DNA from: a virus
IMG/VR virus record: IMGVR_UViG_3300049795_000032
Coordinates: 1-43,714 of that record
Strand: one strand, 5' to 3'
DNA length: 43,714 nt
In this document: piece after piece, positions 1-8,472 of the stretch
Layout: each line of letters begins with the position of its first letter
Position numbering within the stretch: the first letter of the stretch is position 1
Notes under the pieces: generated by a model
Databases searched by the model: none
What the model was told of the DNA's origin: nothing
What the model saw: only the letters and a program-made list of their open reading frames with translations
Position numbers and translations under genes: made by a program

Positions 1-127
1 AGCCTTGACGATCGGCTTATGCAGGGACATCGCGAACGCACATTCAATGTACGTTTCGTGTCCCGAGTAGTCCGGGTCCCATAAAAGCAAGACTTCTCGG
101 CCCATGTGCTCATCGGATGGCCTCCAA
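1..127. repeat. Terminal overlap, copy A (identical to 43588-43714). Indicates a circular or circularly permuted genome
   Basis: Read directly: the first 127 bases are letter-for-letter the same as the last 127 bases. Confidence 0.95.
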
Positions 128-227
128 GCTCACGGATGACGGCGTGGAAGCCTCGCACGTTCGGGGCTTCGTGGTAGGGCGCCGCGATGTAGATTCCGCG
201 CTTGGCTTCAAAGTCTCGATCGATCAT
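1..227 (-). pseudogene. Nucleoside 2-deoxyribosyltransferase-like / DUF4406-like gene, 5' part. The gene spans the circular junction and its frame breaks near 87-113
   Basis: ATG at 227-225, one base after the polymerase stop. Translates MIDRDFEAKRGIYIAAPYHEAPNVRGFHAVIRELGGHPMSTW, then becomes R/S-rich junk. The coding-like continuation is in the -1 frame (see 43483-43692). Confidence 0.45.
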
Positions 228-228
228 G

Positions 229-2352
229 TCAACCCGCTTTCTTCCACTCGTGCCTAGCGCACGCGCCCTTACCCGCAATCTCTTTAGACACGTGCTCCCC
301 GGTCAAGGGATGCCAGAGAGAGATAAGTGACGCCTTACACAGCGAGCAATCGTCTTGGCCGTCCCACACGAGTAGCTGCCCGTCGTCATGGTAATGTGTT
401 CCGGCGTTCTTGGACCAATGCGTCATGAGCACCGGTTCCAACTCTGAGGGCTTGAATGGAACATCAGGTAACCAACGATTGGCCCCGATGCGCATGACCT
501 CGGCCAAGCGATGCGCGGCGCCGTGCCCGTGCTCGGGCTTGACCTCGCCTATCAACTCGTCGTGAATGTCGTTCACGGTGCGCGTACCGAACAAGGGGCT
601 ATTCGTGTCGACGTATTGCTCCCAAGCGGCCTGGAAGCCTGCTTCATTCATGGCATCCGCACCCAAGCCTTGAAACCAAGTGTTACACGTTTGCGTGTAA
701 TTGCACTTGCCTCGCACGCGGTTGGAGCCGAATTGCTTTACGCTGTGTGCGTACCCTTCCGGGGTGTCGCACATGTTGCCCACGATGCGAAAGTATTCCC
801 GCATCTCGGTCCAACGGCCTTGCCATTGTTGCTTGAGGCGCTTGGCTCCATCCTCGTCAAGCACAACGCCTTGCGGGCGTGCGAAGTCAATGAAGGTCTT
901 ATACCCTAATCCGCCGGGGTAACCGAAGTTTGCGACCTTAGCGAGCTGCCTAGCGTTCTTTACTTCCTTATCGCCTGCCTTATGCCGGCGCTTGCACTCG
1001 TCGTAATCTAGCCCGAGCATGTCCGCCGCGAGCATTAGGTGAGGGTCTTGCCCGGCGTTGATTGCCTTGGCAAGCTCACTGTAACCGCACACCCATATCG
1101 CGCACTGTGCAAGTGTTTTTAGCTCCAAGCCCGGGAAGTCGGCTTGCATGTACACGAAACCTGGCCGCGGCACGAAGCATTCGCGGATGCCAGGCAAGCG
1201 TCGGATATTCTGCACGTTCGGCTTACTGCTGGTCTTGCGGCCGGATGCCGCGATGTCGAAGCGCGTATGTATCGCACCATCCATGCCTTGATCCAGCATG
1301 ACTATATCCTTGGATTTGACGGCGCCAAGGGTGGACAGCTCGGCATACAGCCCCATCACGTAATCGTCGACGCGCTCGCACGTATCCGCGTCCAACGCCA
1401 CGCCCTTGCCAGTCTCATACGCTTGCGTGACGAAGGCGGAATAATCCGACTTGGCCAGTGCTTCCGATCCCTCCGTCGCTACGACGGGAGTGATCCACAT
1501 GCCATCCGCCGTGATACCTTGCTCCCTGCACGCGTCGATCATCCGTCGCGCCGCGGCTTTGGTGTCTCGAGTACCGTTCGAGCGAACCAAGCCATGTTGC
1601 ACTAGCTCGGCTTGGATCTCCGTCAAGCGCTCCTCCACTTCGACTTCCAACTTAGCTACACCATCGATGTGCGTGCGAAGACCCCACGCGCTAATAAGCG
1701 TGAGTCGGAATTGCGCACGGGCTTGTCGGAACTGGTCGTCAAGCCATCCTGCCTTATTACCCGCGTGCTCCTCTTGAGCGAGCCACACGCCCGCCGTCGC
1801 GCGAGCGTCGTGCAGTGGATACGTCCTCGCGCCTTCTGGCCATTGGTCCAAGGGCACATCCAAGAATTCCCCGTACCGAAGGCGCCACTCGTCTTTTTCG
1901 AGGGTCCATCCCAAGTAGCGGCGGGAGAGATCTGCGAGGGTGTAGTTCAGTTTGCGGTACACGCCGTCAATGAACCCGCCCCTAAACTTGCCAGCCGCGA
2001 TGTCTAAGAGCTGCGCCCGGAGCTTGGTACACGTGACGCGATTGTCACGGTACGCCGCGAAGACAAGCGGCACGAGGGATGGATCATTGGCCATCATGAC
2101 AGCGAAGTCAAAGGCTACGTAGTGCCCGACAAATCCAACGGATGGCGTTTCGAGCATGGCGCGCATCCAACGCAACGCGCTGGATCGATCCGCGATGCGA
2201 GCGTCCCATTCGGTCGGGTGTCGACCCGAAAGACGTCCCGCACGCGCCGCGCCTTCGGTCGTATAGGTCAGGCACGCAAGCTCGGGAGCCGTCACGCCCG
2301 GGCGAATGAGCGCGGTTTCAGTGTCCCAACAGATCCATTGCGTGACGGTCAT
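229..2352 (-). CDS. Family A DNA polymerase with 3'-5' proofreading exonuclease domain
   Basis: Exonuclease motifs WDTETALI, HYVAFDF and YPLHDA. Polymerase motifs ADFPGLELKTLA (A), RQLAKVANFGYPGG (B) and IHDELIGEV (C). Start set at ATG 2352 (MTVTQWICWDTET), which forms an ATGA overlap with the upstream 48-aa ORF. The track ORF extends to 2412. Confidence 0.9.
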   Translation of the reverse strand: MTVTQWICWDTETALIRPGVTAPELACLTYTTEGAARAGRLSGRHPTEWDARIADRSSALRWMRAMLETPSVGFVGHYVAFDFAVMMANDPSLVPLVFAAYRDNRVTCTKLRAQLLDIAAGKFRGGFIDGVYRKLNYTLADLSRRYLGWTLEKDEWRLRYGEFLDVPLDQWPEGARTYPLHDARATAGVWLAQEEHAGNKAGWLDDQFRQARAQFRLTLISAWGLRTHIDGVAKLEVEVEERLTEIQAELVQHGLVRSNGTRDTKAAARRMIDACREQGITADGMWITPVVATEGSEALAKSDYSAFVTQAYETGKGVALDADTCERVDDYVMGLYAELSTLGAVKSKDIVMLDQGMDGAIHTRFDIAASGRKTSSKPNVQNIRRLPGIRECFVPRPGFVYMQADFPGLELKTLAQCAIWVCGYSELAKAINAGQDPHLMLAADMLGLDYDECKRRHKAGDKEVKNARQLAKVANFGYPGGLGYKTFIDFARPQGVVLDEDGAKRLKQQWQGRWTEMREYFRIVGNMCDTPEGYAHSVKQFGSNRVRGKCNYTQTCNTWFQGLGADAMNEAGFQAAWEQYVDTNSPLFGTRTVNDIHDELIGEVKPEHGHGAAHRLAEVMRIGANRWLPDVPFKPSELEPVLMTHWSKNAGTHYHDDGQLLVWDGQDDCSLCKASLISLWHPLTGEHVSKEIAGKGACARHEWKKAG

Positions 2353-2495
2353 TCGAGCGGTTCCCCAAAGCGTTCGTGTTGCGCACGAATCTCGAGTTCC
2401 GCGAAAGGCCATTCGTAAGTGTGATCATAGCCGCATAGCTCCCAATCTTTCGCCACGATGTCCCGGCCCATAAGGGTGTCCCCGGATTCGCTCAT
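2349..2495 (-). CDS. Hypothetical 48-aa protein (below the ORF-track length cutoff)
   Basis: MSESGDTLMGRDIVAKDWELCGYDHTYEWPFAELEIRAQHERFGEPLE. ATGA start/stop overlaps at both ends, suggesting translational coupling. Confidence 0.5.
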   Translation of the reverse strand: MSESGDTLMGRDIVAKDWELCGYDHTYEWPFAELEIRAQHERFGEPLE

Positions 2496-2737
2496 AGCGA
2501 AAGCAGCCTAAGGGTATCGGGGTAAGCCTCCATGTTCACCACAGCAACTAGCCGCCCGTCGATATCCCATCCATGATACGCAAGTAACTCCAAATGGTCT
2601 AGACTGTACGTCACTAACTCGCCGTTAGGTCTGCGGAAAATGTGCGCCAGTTGCTCGGCATTGGGCTCATCAGGCAAGGGTGCGGATGTCTTGATCATGT
2701 GATGCCCTCCAAACGCGTCAAATTCTTCCTTCGACAT
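2492..2737 (-). CDS. Hypothetical protein
   Basis: Track ORF 2492-2797. The likely start is ATG 2737 (MSKEEFDAF...), 4 nt after the stop of the upstream ORF. Confidence 0.55.
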   Translation of the reverse strand: MSKEEFDAFGGHHMIKTSAPLPDEPNAEQLAHIFRRPNGELVTYSLDHLELLAYHGWDIDGRLVAVVNMEAYPDTLRLLSL

Positions 2738-2741
2738 TTGC

Positions 2742-2957
2742 TTATGCACGGCGGATGCGCGATGGGGCCGAGGGTGGAACGAGCGTACCGCAGACACAAT
2801 TCGAATCCGCCCCGATGCGCGCGAGATGATATCCTCGCTTCATGCATCGGAGCTTTAGCAGGTGCTCTTCTCCATTGTCGGCCGCTTCGTGCGCCGCTAC
2901 AGAATCAGTGGAGTACTCGTCCTCCCGCATCTGTGCGTCCACTTGCATTTGTTTCAC
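2742..2957 (-). CDS. Hypothetical acidic protein (GTG start)
   Basis: 71-aa ORF with a GTGA overlap to the stop of the 2954-3379 ORF. Confidence 0.45.
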   Translation of the reverse strand: MKQMQVDAQMREDEYSTDSVAAHEAADNGEEHLLKLRCMKRGYHLARIGADSNCVCGTLVPPSAPSRIRRA

Positions 2958-3349
2958 GGCGCACCGAATTTCTTACGCACTCGAACGACGAGGGAAATGA
3001 TAAACGCGCGTGTGCTAGGGAACGTACACCTAAGAGTCTCGTCCAGAATGTATAAGCACACTTCCTCTACTGCGTTGGCTCGGCCCTTGGCGTAGGCGCG
3101 TCGTTCCAGTGTTTCGGTGTGCTCGCGTGCTATCTCTATCAGCGTGAGTGCGGCGGGAGCCTCATACTCCCACCCTTGGACATCCGGATGCGCGTTGCAA
3201 ATGTCAATGAAGCTGTCCCCGTACTTGCCCCTGGCCCATTCTCGTGCATCGTACCAACATCGGGCTTTGACTGTTACCACGAATGTCGCCTCTTCCGTGC
3301 CTCGTGACGTCAATTGGGGCAATCGATAGTGCGCTTCATAAATCGGCAT
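2954..3349 (-). CDS. Hypothetical protein
   Basis: Track ORF 2954-3379. The longest form would run into the tRNA 3' end. ATG 3349 (MPIYEAHY...) is preceded by GGAG with a 6-nt spacer. Confidence 0.6.
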   Translation of the reverse strand: MPIYEAHYRLPQLTSRGTEEATFVVTVKARCWYDAREWARGKYGDSFIDICNAHPDVQGWEYEAPAALTLIEIAREHTETLERRAYAKGRANAVEEVCLYILDETLRCTFPSTRAFIISLVVRVRKKFGAP

Positions 3350-3370
3350 CTTGCTCTCCATTGTAATCGT

Positions 3371-3445
3371 TGGTTCCACGTCTAGGATTCGAACCTAGGT
3401 AAGCGAATTCAAAGTCCGCTGTCTTGCCAATTGGACGAACGTGGA
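3371..3445 (-). tRNA. tRNA-Gln (anticodon UUG) with encoded CCA
   Basis: Folded by hand from the reverse complement. Acceptor stem TCCACGT/ACGTGGA, D-loop AATTGGCA with GG, anticodon stem GCGGA/TTCGC, loop CTTTGAA (U33, TTG), T-arm CTAGG-TTCGAAT-CCTAG, discriminator A then CCA; 75 nt. Confidence 0.85.
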
Positions 3446-3499
3446 ATAGCGCCACACTTCACCTTATGAGGGTAGGTAGTGGCCACTCTTGGACCCGTA

Positions 3500-4300
3500 C
3501 TAGGCGGGCTGCTTCACCTTCGAGTATTTGATCGCTGTGATTGTGACCTTGTTGCCCTTGGTCTGGTGAGGGAAGGTGCTCACGTGCACCAATTTGCCGT
3601 TGAAGGTCTTAGCCTTAGAGGCCTCGTTCCAAATCTGTTCGAGCATTCCGGACAGCTTGGTGTTGATTGCCTGGAAGTGTTCGGGGATGGACTTGTCATA
3701 CCCGAGGATAGCTCCCGCGCACTCCAGCAATTGCGGGAAAGCGACTTGACGATTTGCGAGCTTGAACACCACACCGTGTTTGCTGCCCGGGGGATTGTTG
3801 GTTGACGTGCTTTGCAGCGTCTCCAACTCGAGAATGAGCACAGCGCCGTTTTTCTGGCTGTTCTTGAGAATGACGTCCACGACGCGGCAATCTGCCTCCG
3901 CCGTCTCACAGGGGAAATAGTTGCCGCTTTCGTACATCTGCGCGCCGTTCAGGCCCGCGAGCGCGCTCGGATCGACCAGTGCACTCGGCGGGGCTTGGTA
4001 TCCTTGCGGCGGACCGTATCCGGGGGGTGCGCCGGGCACCGGTGCGGGGTATCCCGGGGGTTGCGCGTACCCCGGAGGACCGTACGGAGGGAGCGGCGCG
4101 GGGGGTGGAGGGGCTTGGCCCGGGGGCGCGAAGCCGGGGGGCGCCATGGGGGGCGGCGCGTACCCCGGGTGTGCGCCGGGTGCGGGAGCCGCAGGCGCTT
4201 GGGGAACGTAACCGGGGGGGTATCCGTAGCCGGGCGCGGGAGCCTCGGGCGCTTGGGGAACGTAACCGGGGGGGTATCCGTAGGGATTGGAGGGATTCAT
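3500..4300 (-). CDS. Hypothetical protein with a Pro/Gly/Tyr-rich low-complexity N-terminal half and a globular C-terminal domain
   Basis: 266-aa ORF with an ATGA overlap to the upstream gene. N-terminus is NPYGYPPGYVPQAP repeats. The C-terminal ~150 aa are of normal composition; function not recognised. Confidence 0.75.
   Translation of the reverse strand: MNPSNPYGYPPGYVPQAPEAPAPGYGYPPGYVPQAPAAPAPGAHPGYAPPPMAPPGFAPPGQAPPPPAPLPPYGPPGYAQPPGYPAPVPGAPPGYGPPQGYQAPPSALVDPSALAGLNGAQMYESGNYFPCETAEADCRVVDVILKNSQKNGAVLILELETLQSTSTNNPPGSKHGVVFKLANRQVAFPQLLECAGAILGYDKSIPEHFQAINTKLSGMLEQIWNEASKAKTFNGKLVHVSTFPHQTKGNKVTITAIKYSKVKQPA
4194..4283. repeat. 36-bp direct repeat pair (4194-4229 and 4248-4283) inside the Pro-rich coding region
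   Basis: ggcgcttggggaacgtaaccgggggggtatccgtag occurs twice, 54 nt apart. It encodes the duplicated YGYPPGYVPQAP unit. Confidence 0.9.
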
Positions 4301-4668
4301 GCGTCGATCTCTGCTTTCTTGTTCGTGTCGTGTTTGCGATAACCGTACTCAGTAAGAGCGTATCCGTGCGCTTCCATGATTGCTTTCGTGTATGCTTCCC
4401 TTTCCTTTATTCGTGTGTAGTGCAATCGCCCCGAGTGAACCCACGCTTGACGCATCTTTTCTTTGGCTCGTTCGTCCACGCGGTTATCACGCGCGATGTC
4501 CTCGAAAGAAAGCGCGAAGCGGGAATCTCCCGGGAGCAAGCCCGGACTGGATTCGAAAGGCGGGTTGCGCCGATCGAGCATGACCAATCCCGTGTCAGGG
4601 TCCCGCTTCACGGGAGACACGACATGCGCGCTATCGATCACGAGCGTAAAGCCTTCTGCGTTTTTCAT
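4297..4668 (-). CDS. Hypothetical protein
   Basis: 123-aa ORF with ATGA overlaps at both ends. Confidence 0.7.
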   Translation of the reverse strand: MKNAEGFTLVIDSAHVVSPVKRDPDTGLVMLDRRNPPFESSPGLLPGDSRFALSFEDIARDNRVDERAKEKMRQAWVHSGRLHYTRIKEREAYTKAIMEAHGYALTEYGYRKHDTNKKAEIDA

Positions 4669-5051
4669 TTGTCCCCCGGGAGTGCTGCAGCGAGCAAGGC
4701 CCCTGCCTCTTTAGCGACTAAGTGCCGCACGGTGCGATTGAGGATATCCGCCACGCGCTCCCAAGGCGCTTGTGCTTTCTTGGACAAATCGGACCAACTA
4801 CCCGCGTCATTCGCCGTGCTTCGGAAATATGTGTCGTGTGCGATTTGGCCTAGGCTTCGTTGCTTACTGGACTCGCGCGAGAGTTGCTCCGTAGTCGCAA
4901 TGCGCTCCCACCGTTCTCGACCCGATGCGGACAAGCAAGCCCAATCCCGCGTCAGTACCGCTTCGGTCTGGTCGTACCAGTAAGCTCGGAATTTAATCTC
5001 CCCGGGGGACATGATTGCATCACTCATCGTCTTCGCCCTCTGCTTTGCCAC
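4665..5051 (-). CDS. Hypothetical protein (start uncertain: 5051, 5027 or 5012)
   Basis: 128-aa ORF. The longest form overlaps the helicase 3' end by 32 nt. Confidence 0.6.
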   Translation of the reverse strand: MAKQRAKTMSDAIMSPGEIKFRAYWYDQTEAVLTRDWACLSASGRERWERIATTEQLSRESSKQRSLGQIAHDTYFRSTANDAGSWSDLSKKAQAPWERVADILNRTVRHLVAKEAGALLAAALPGDK

Positions 5052-6792
5052 TCGACTTATCCCATCGCGCGCTTTGACGGGCGTATTCCCGCACTTCGCT
5101 CGGGGATGGAAGTACCAAATCTGCGATGAGCAATTTCTTACTCTCGCCCATGAGCTGCTCTGTCACGCGGCTGCGCTCAATGGCACGTTGCATGGCGTCC
5201 CAATGCTCGCGGCATCCTTGTAAGACGTCGAACGTCACTGTATCGGCCGACTGCCCCGGTCTATGCATGCGGCCGAGCAATTGTTGCCACGTGTCATGTC
5301 CCGTCGGGGGCGACGTCACTAGGCCCCGAGCCCATGCCTGCAGGTTCCGGCCCGTGGCGTTGGCTTTGATTGACGCGATGAGAGAGCGTTTAGGGTCCGC
5401 GTCAAAGATGGATTTGCCGCCATCGGTCAAACCCTGTTCGCCGTAATACTCCAAACCAGTCTGCTTAGCAAGCTCGCGAGCGAAAAAGCTATGCTCCGTC
5501 CACATTATGCCCGGTCCGCTCTTGGTGTCGGCCCACTTGGCACAGAGCTTTAGCGCGCTGTCATCGTGCCATACTGGGACACTGTTGATCGCGAACGTCG
5601 GGTGTCGACGATTCCACTCGTCCAGTAGTTCGCGACCCTGCATATGTCCGCCCTCGACGGCGTGACGTACCTGTAGCTCCGTGTCGAGGCTCCGTGAGTG
5701 TGAGAGCACTTCGCGCACGTACTTACCCCACGCCTTCCGCGCATCCATCCAAGGCACGGGAGGACGGGGAGACCACACGTAGTGCATGCCTAAAGCAAGC
5801 TGCCTAGCCGTGCGCCACAAGTCGACAGCCATCGTAAGCGCCCATCCATCAGGCGTTTCCCAAGTCGTGCGGAGGGTCGCGAAATTCGCCTCGGTCGCGG
5901 CGTTGACTTTATAGGTCATGCCACGAACAAGCAGAGAGCACGTAACATCCTCCCCGGGGGGTGACGCGACGTATCCCGGGGTATCGGCCAGGCGACGGCG
6001 GAACACCTTACGCGCTGCGCTATTGACGTCTGTGTCTCGATCGTCGGGGTGCGGGGGGTGGACCAACTCGAGTAAGGGCCCGGGGTGGACTTGTCGCAAG
6101 GGATTGAGCTTCGCACCCAAGCACTCGGACCATTCCATAAGCTCCCCCGTGTCAAAGGGGACGGGCGCATTGTGCTTGAGTGACCACGCCGCGATGTGCG
6201 CGAAATCTTCCAGATCATCTCGGTACAGCGTGCCACTAAGGCCCACGAAAAAGGTTTGGGGGCGCGCTCGCATGTAGCGGATGAATCGACGGGTGACGGC
6301 CGCTTTATTGTTCTTGACCTTGTGGATCTCGTCTCCAATGATCATGTCCGGTTGGACCTTGTCAAACCACTCCGCGGCGTTCTCGCGCCCGAGCGTTTCG
6401 TAAGATTGCATTTCGATGTATCGGGGAATCTGCCAGTGCATAGACAGCTCTGACATTTCCCGGCGGGTCTTTTCGATTAGGGACGCGGGCAGAAAGAGCA
6501 CGGGCCGGCGCGCTCCCACCATCGCAGGGGCGAGCAGGGTAATAATCGTCTTGCCTCCACCTACGTTGATTGCCCCGAGTAATCCTCGACACGTGGCCAG
6601 TTCATGCAACGCGATGGCTTGCAAGGGGCGAAGAGTCATCTTGCCCCCGGGCGTGCGAAGCTTGTGCGTGTAGTACGCCACGGCTTGCTGCGTCGTCGCA
6701 TCGTCCCACGCACGACGGGGCAAGGATCGAATGCGGTGGAAGTCCGCGCTCGCCTTTATCGTAGAGCGTGAGACGATGGACAGGGGTTGCAC
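5020..6792 (-). CDS. SNF2/DEAD-like superfamily 2 helicase
   Basis: Walker A GGGKTIITLL, DExH box GDEIHKVKN and motif VI QQLLGRMHRPGQ. 590 aa, GTG start. Confidence 0.8.
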   Translation of the reverse strand: MQPLSIVSRSTIKASADFHRIRSLPRRAWDDATTQQAVAYYTHKLRTPGGKMTLRPLQAIALHELATCRGLLGAINVGGGKTIITLLAPAMVGARRPVLFLPASLIEKTRREMSELSMHWQIPRYIEMQSYETLGRENAAEWFDKVQPDMIIGDEIHKVKNNKAAVTRRFIRYMRARPQTFFVGLSGTLYRDDLEDFAHIAAWSLKHNAPVPFDTGELMEWSECLGAKLNPLRQVHPGPLLELVHPPHPDDRDTDVNSAARKVFRRRLADTPGYVASPPGEDVTCSLLVRGMTYKVNAATEANFATLRTTWETPDGWALTMAVDLWRTARQLALGMHYVWSPRPPVPWMDARKAWGKYVREVLSHSRSLDTELQVRHAVEGGHMQGRELLDEWNRRHPTFAINSVPVWHDDSALKLCAKWADTKSGPGIMWTEHSFFARELAKQTGLEYYGEQGLTDGGKSIFDADPKRSLIASIKANATGRNLQAWARGLVTSPPTGHDTWQQLLGRMHRPGQSADTVTFDVLQGCREHWDAMQRAIERSRVTEQLMGESKKLLIADLVLPSPSEVREYARQSARWDKSSGKAEGEDDE

Positions 6793-6794
6793 GA

Positions 6795-6926
6795 CTAAAC
6801 GCCCTCCACACAGATGCGCAACGGGCCTATGGCAAAGAACACAGCGATAGATTGCATGTCGCCTTGCATGTCGACGATATCAAACATGACGGCTTGCCAG
6901 CGCCACTTACGGCCCATGGAGATCAT
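6795..6926 (-). CDS. Hypothetical 43-aa protein (below track cutoff)
   Basis: MISMGRKWRWQAVMFDIVDMQGDMQSIAVFFAIGPLRICVEGV, preceded by GAGGAGG. Fills the gap between neighbouring genes. Confidence 0.4.
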   Translation of the reverse strand: MISMGRKWRWQAVMFDIVDMQGDMQSIAVFFAIGPLRICVEGV

Positions 6927-6928
6927 GG

Positions 6929-7102
6929 TTAATTGACCTCCTCGTCTTCCTCGTCGTCTTCGGCGTGTTCGGACCTAAAGTGTTTTAGCAGCACGTTGAA
7001 TTCCAATTCATCGATCGCCAGGGCAAGCCTTCTGAGAGCATCCGCCAAGACGATGCCCGAAAGAAGCACGGCAACGGCTAGAAGGGAGATGACGGCAATC
7101 AC
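6929..7102 (-). CDS. Hypothetical 57-aa membrane protein with an acidic tail (below track cutoff)
   Basis: GTG start with GGAGGA 3 nt upstream and a GTGA overlap with the upstream stop. Has the hydrophobic segment IAVISLLAVAVLLSGIVLA and ends in EDDEEDEEVN. Confidence 0.5.
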   Translation of the reverse strand: MIAVISLLAVAVLLSGIVLADALRRLALAIDELEFNVLLKHFRSEHAEDDEEDEEVN

Positions 7103-7257
7103 TTGTCCTCCAATCCATGGTAAGCGGCGAGATGGTTGCGCGCCCCGTCCATGGTAGCGAATTTCCGGGGCTTGCCTCGTTCCTGGCAGAGCTTACAGCC
7201 GTATACTTGACGCACGGCTTTATCCCGCTCGCGGGGCTTGGGCGGATCAGGTTCCAT
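7099..7257 (-). CDS. Small C2H2-like zinc-finger protein
   Basis: Inner start of track ORF 7099-7374: MEPDPPKPRERDKAVRQVYGCKLCQERGKPRKFATMDGARNHLAAYHGLEDK (CxxC...HxxxxH). Confidence 0.4.
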   Translation of the reverse strand: MEPDPPKPRERDKAVRQVYGCKLCQERGKPRKFATMDGARNHLAAYHGLEDK

Positions 7258-7438
7258 CGCTTGCCCTAGTAAGCTCGGCTCGGGTATTGAACGCGATGCC
7301 CCAAGGCCAGGATACGCCGATAGCCCCGCTAGGGAGCTGGCAAATGATGACGCCCGTTTTCTGCGCACGTTCATTGGCCGTTCGGGGGTAGTGTTGCATG
7401 CCTACTTCCGTGAGCTGGACGCGCGTGCCGGGGCTCAT
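7247..7438 (-). CDS. Hypothetical protein
   Basis: 63-aa ORF. Its start overlaps the stop of the upstream gene (ATGA). Confidence 0.5.
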   Translation of the reverse strand: MSPGTRVQLTEVGMQHYPRTANERAQKTGVIICQLPSGAIGVSWPWGIAFNTRAELTRASDGT

Positions 7439-8472
7439 CGGACCCCCTTGACGACCACGCCCGCGATCGGGAGCAAGGTATTGATCACTTGGGAAGTCTC
7501 GCGCGATGCCGTGCTTACGAGCAAGACGAGGTCACGATCGGCAAGATGCTTTCGCACTTCCTCCGTCACGTAATGCGCCAGCAGTGCGCCACCCTTGTAA
7601 TCGATGAATGCGTAATCCGCCACCTTATGATCGGCGAGAATGCGCGCGCCAGCGAGCTTGACGAAGTGGGAGAGATCTACGGGCTCGGCGTCGAATCCCG
7701 TCATCGGGTGCGCGTCGATCAAGATGGTAAAGCCCCCGTCCCTTTGGTCGTCTCCGATCTTGGGTGACGGGTCGCGCATCGTGACGATGGCCGTCATATC
7801 GGGGGCGGGGCCCGCGGGCATCACGATGGCCGGCGCGGCGGGCGCAGGGGCCGCCGCGTTCTTGGGCGGGCGTCCACGCCGCTTCGGTGCATCGGACGAC
7901 GCGGGCTGTCCGGGAGCAGGCGAGGGCGGGACGGGGTTGCCGATGCTCTCGGGGGGATTGACCGGGCTCGGTTGCGGGAGTTGGTACCCCGAGCCTTGCA
8001 TCGGGGCAGGCGCCATTTGCATCGGCACAGGTGCCTGGAATTGCGGGGCGGGTGCCGCGGGCGGGGGCGGTTGCTGCCCGGCGGGAGCCCACCCTTGCAT
8101 GCCAGCGGGAGGGGCCGCGAACTGTTGCGGCGCGGCCGCGAGGACGACTGGAGGGATCGGGGCTTGTGGACCGAACGCCGCGGGATTGGCCGCGTACTGA
8201 TCAGCGACGGAAGCCAAGAGATTGGCAAGCTCGATTCCGATCGTCCCACTGAGAGGGAAATAGGAATTCGTGACCTTGGGATTTGCTACGTGCTGCGTCG
8301 CCACAATCTGCGGCGGCAAGGGCTTGCCGTTGAGTGCATGCGTGATCTGACCCTGCGCGTTTCGCACGAACAGACCCGCGAGGGAATGGACTTGCTCCCC
8401 TGCGCCGGGGGAAGGACCTTGCATGGTGGCGGGGGTTGCTTGCGGGGCGGACAGTTCGTCAAAGAGCGACAT
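7435..8472 (-). CDS. Hypothetical protein with a long Pro/Gln/Ala-rich linker and an AT-hook (KRRGRPPKN)
   Basis: 345-aa ORF. Has a structured N-terminal ~100 aa, a ~140-aa low-complexity centre, a GRP AT-hook core and a C-terminal ~110-aa domain. Sits beside the nuclease gene. Confidence 0.7.
   Translation of the reverse strand: MSLFDELSAPQATPATMQGPSPGAGEQVHSLAGLFVRNAQGQITHALNGKPLPPQIVATQHVANPKVTNSYFPLSGTIGIELANLLASVADQYAANPAAFGPQAPIPPVVLAAAPQQFAAPPAGMQGWAPAGQQPPPPAAPAPQFQAPVPMQMAPAPMQGSGYQLPQPSPVNPPESIGNPVPPSPAPGQPASSDAPKRRGRPPKNAAAPAPAAPAIVMPAGPAPDMTAIVTMRDPSPKIGDDQRDGGFTILIDAHPMTGFDAEPVDLSHFVKLAGARILADHKVADYAFIDYKGGALLAHYVTEEVRKHLADRDLVLLVSTASRETSQVINTLLPIAGVVVKGVR

Noticed and set aside
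1-127. The 127-bp terminal repeat as a genuine physical direct terminal repeat of the virion DNA
   Set aside because: An exact overlap of this particular length is more simply explained as a k-mer overlap from circular assembly, and the repeat cuts through a gene. The sequence alone cannot exclude a real repeat; read-terminus analysis is needed.
901-909. Additional partial matches to the late motif: ATACCCTAA at 901, GCGTACCCTT at 750, GGTACCCTG at 26426, GACCCTAAGGGG at 29999 and TCTACCCTC on the minus strand near 12245
   Set aside because: They lack the full GCTACCCTA core. They lie inside or antisense to genes with no downstream start, and their number is about what chance similarity would give. 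They were not counted with the nine exact copies.
3979-4983. 334-aa plus-strand ORF, the longest unexplained ORF in the track
   Set aside because: It lies antisense to three well-supported, overlap-coupled minus-strand genes. Its product is Arg/Gly/Ala-rich with no motifs. This is a typical shadow ORF in GC-rich DNA.
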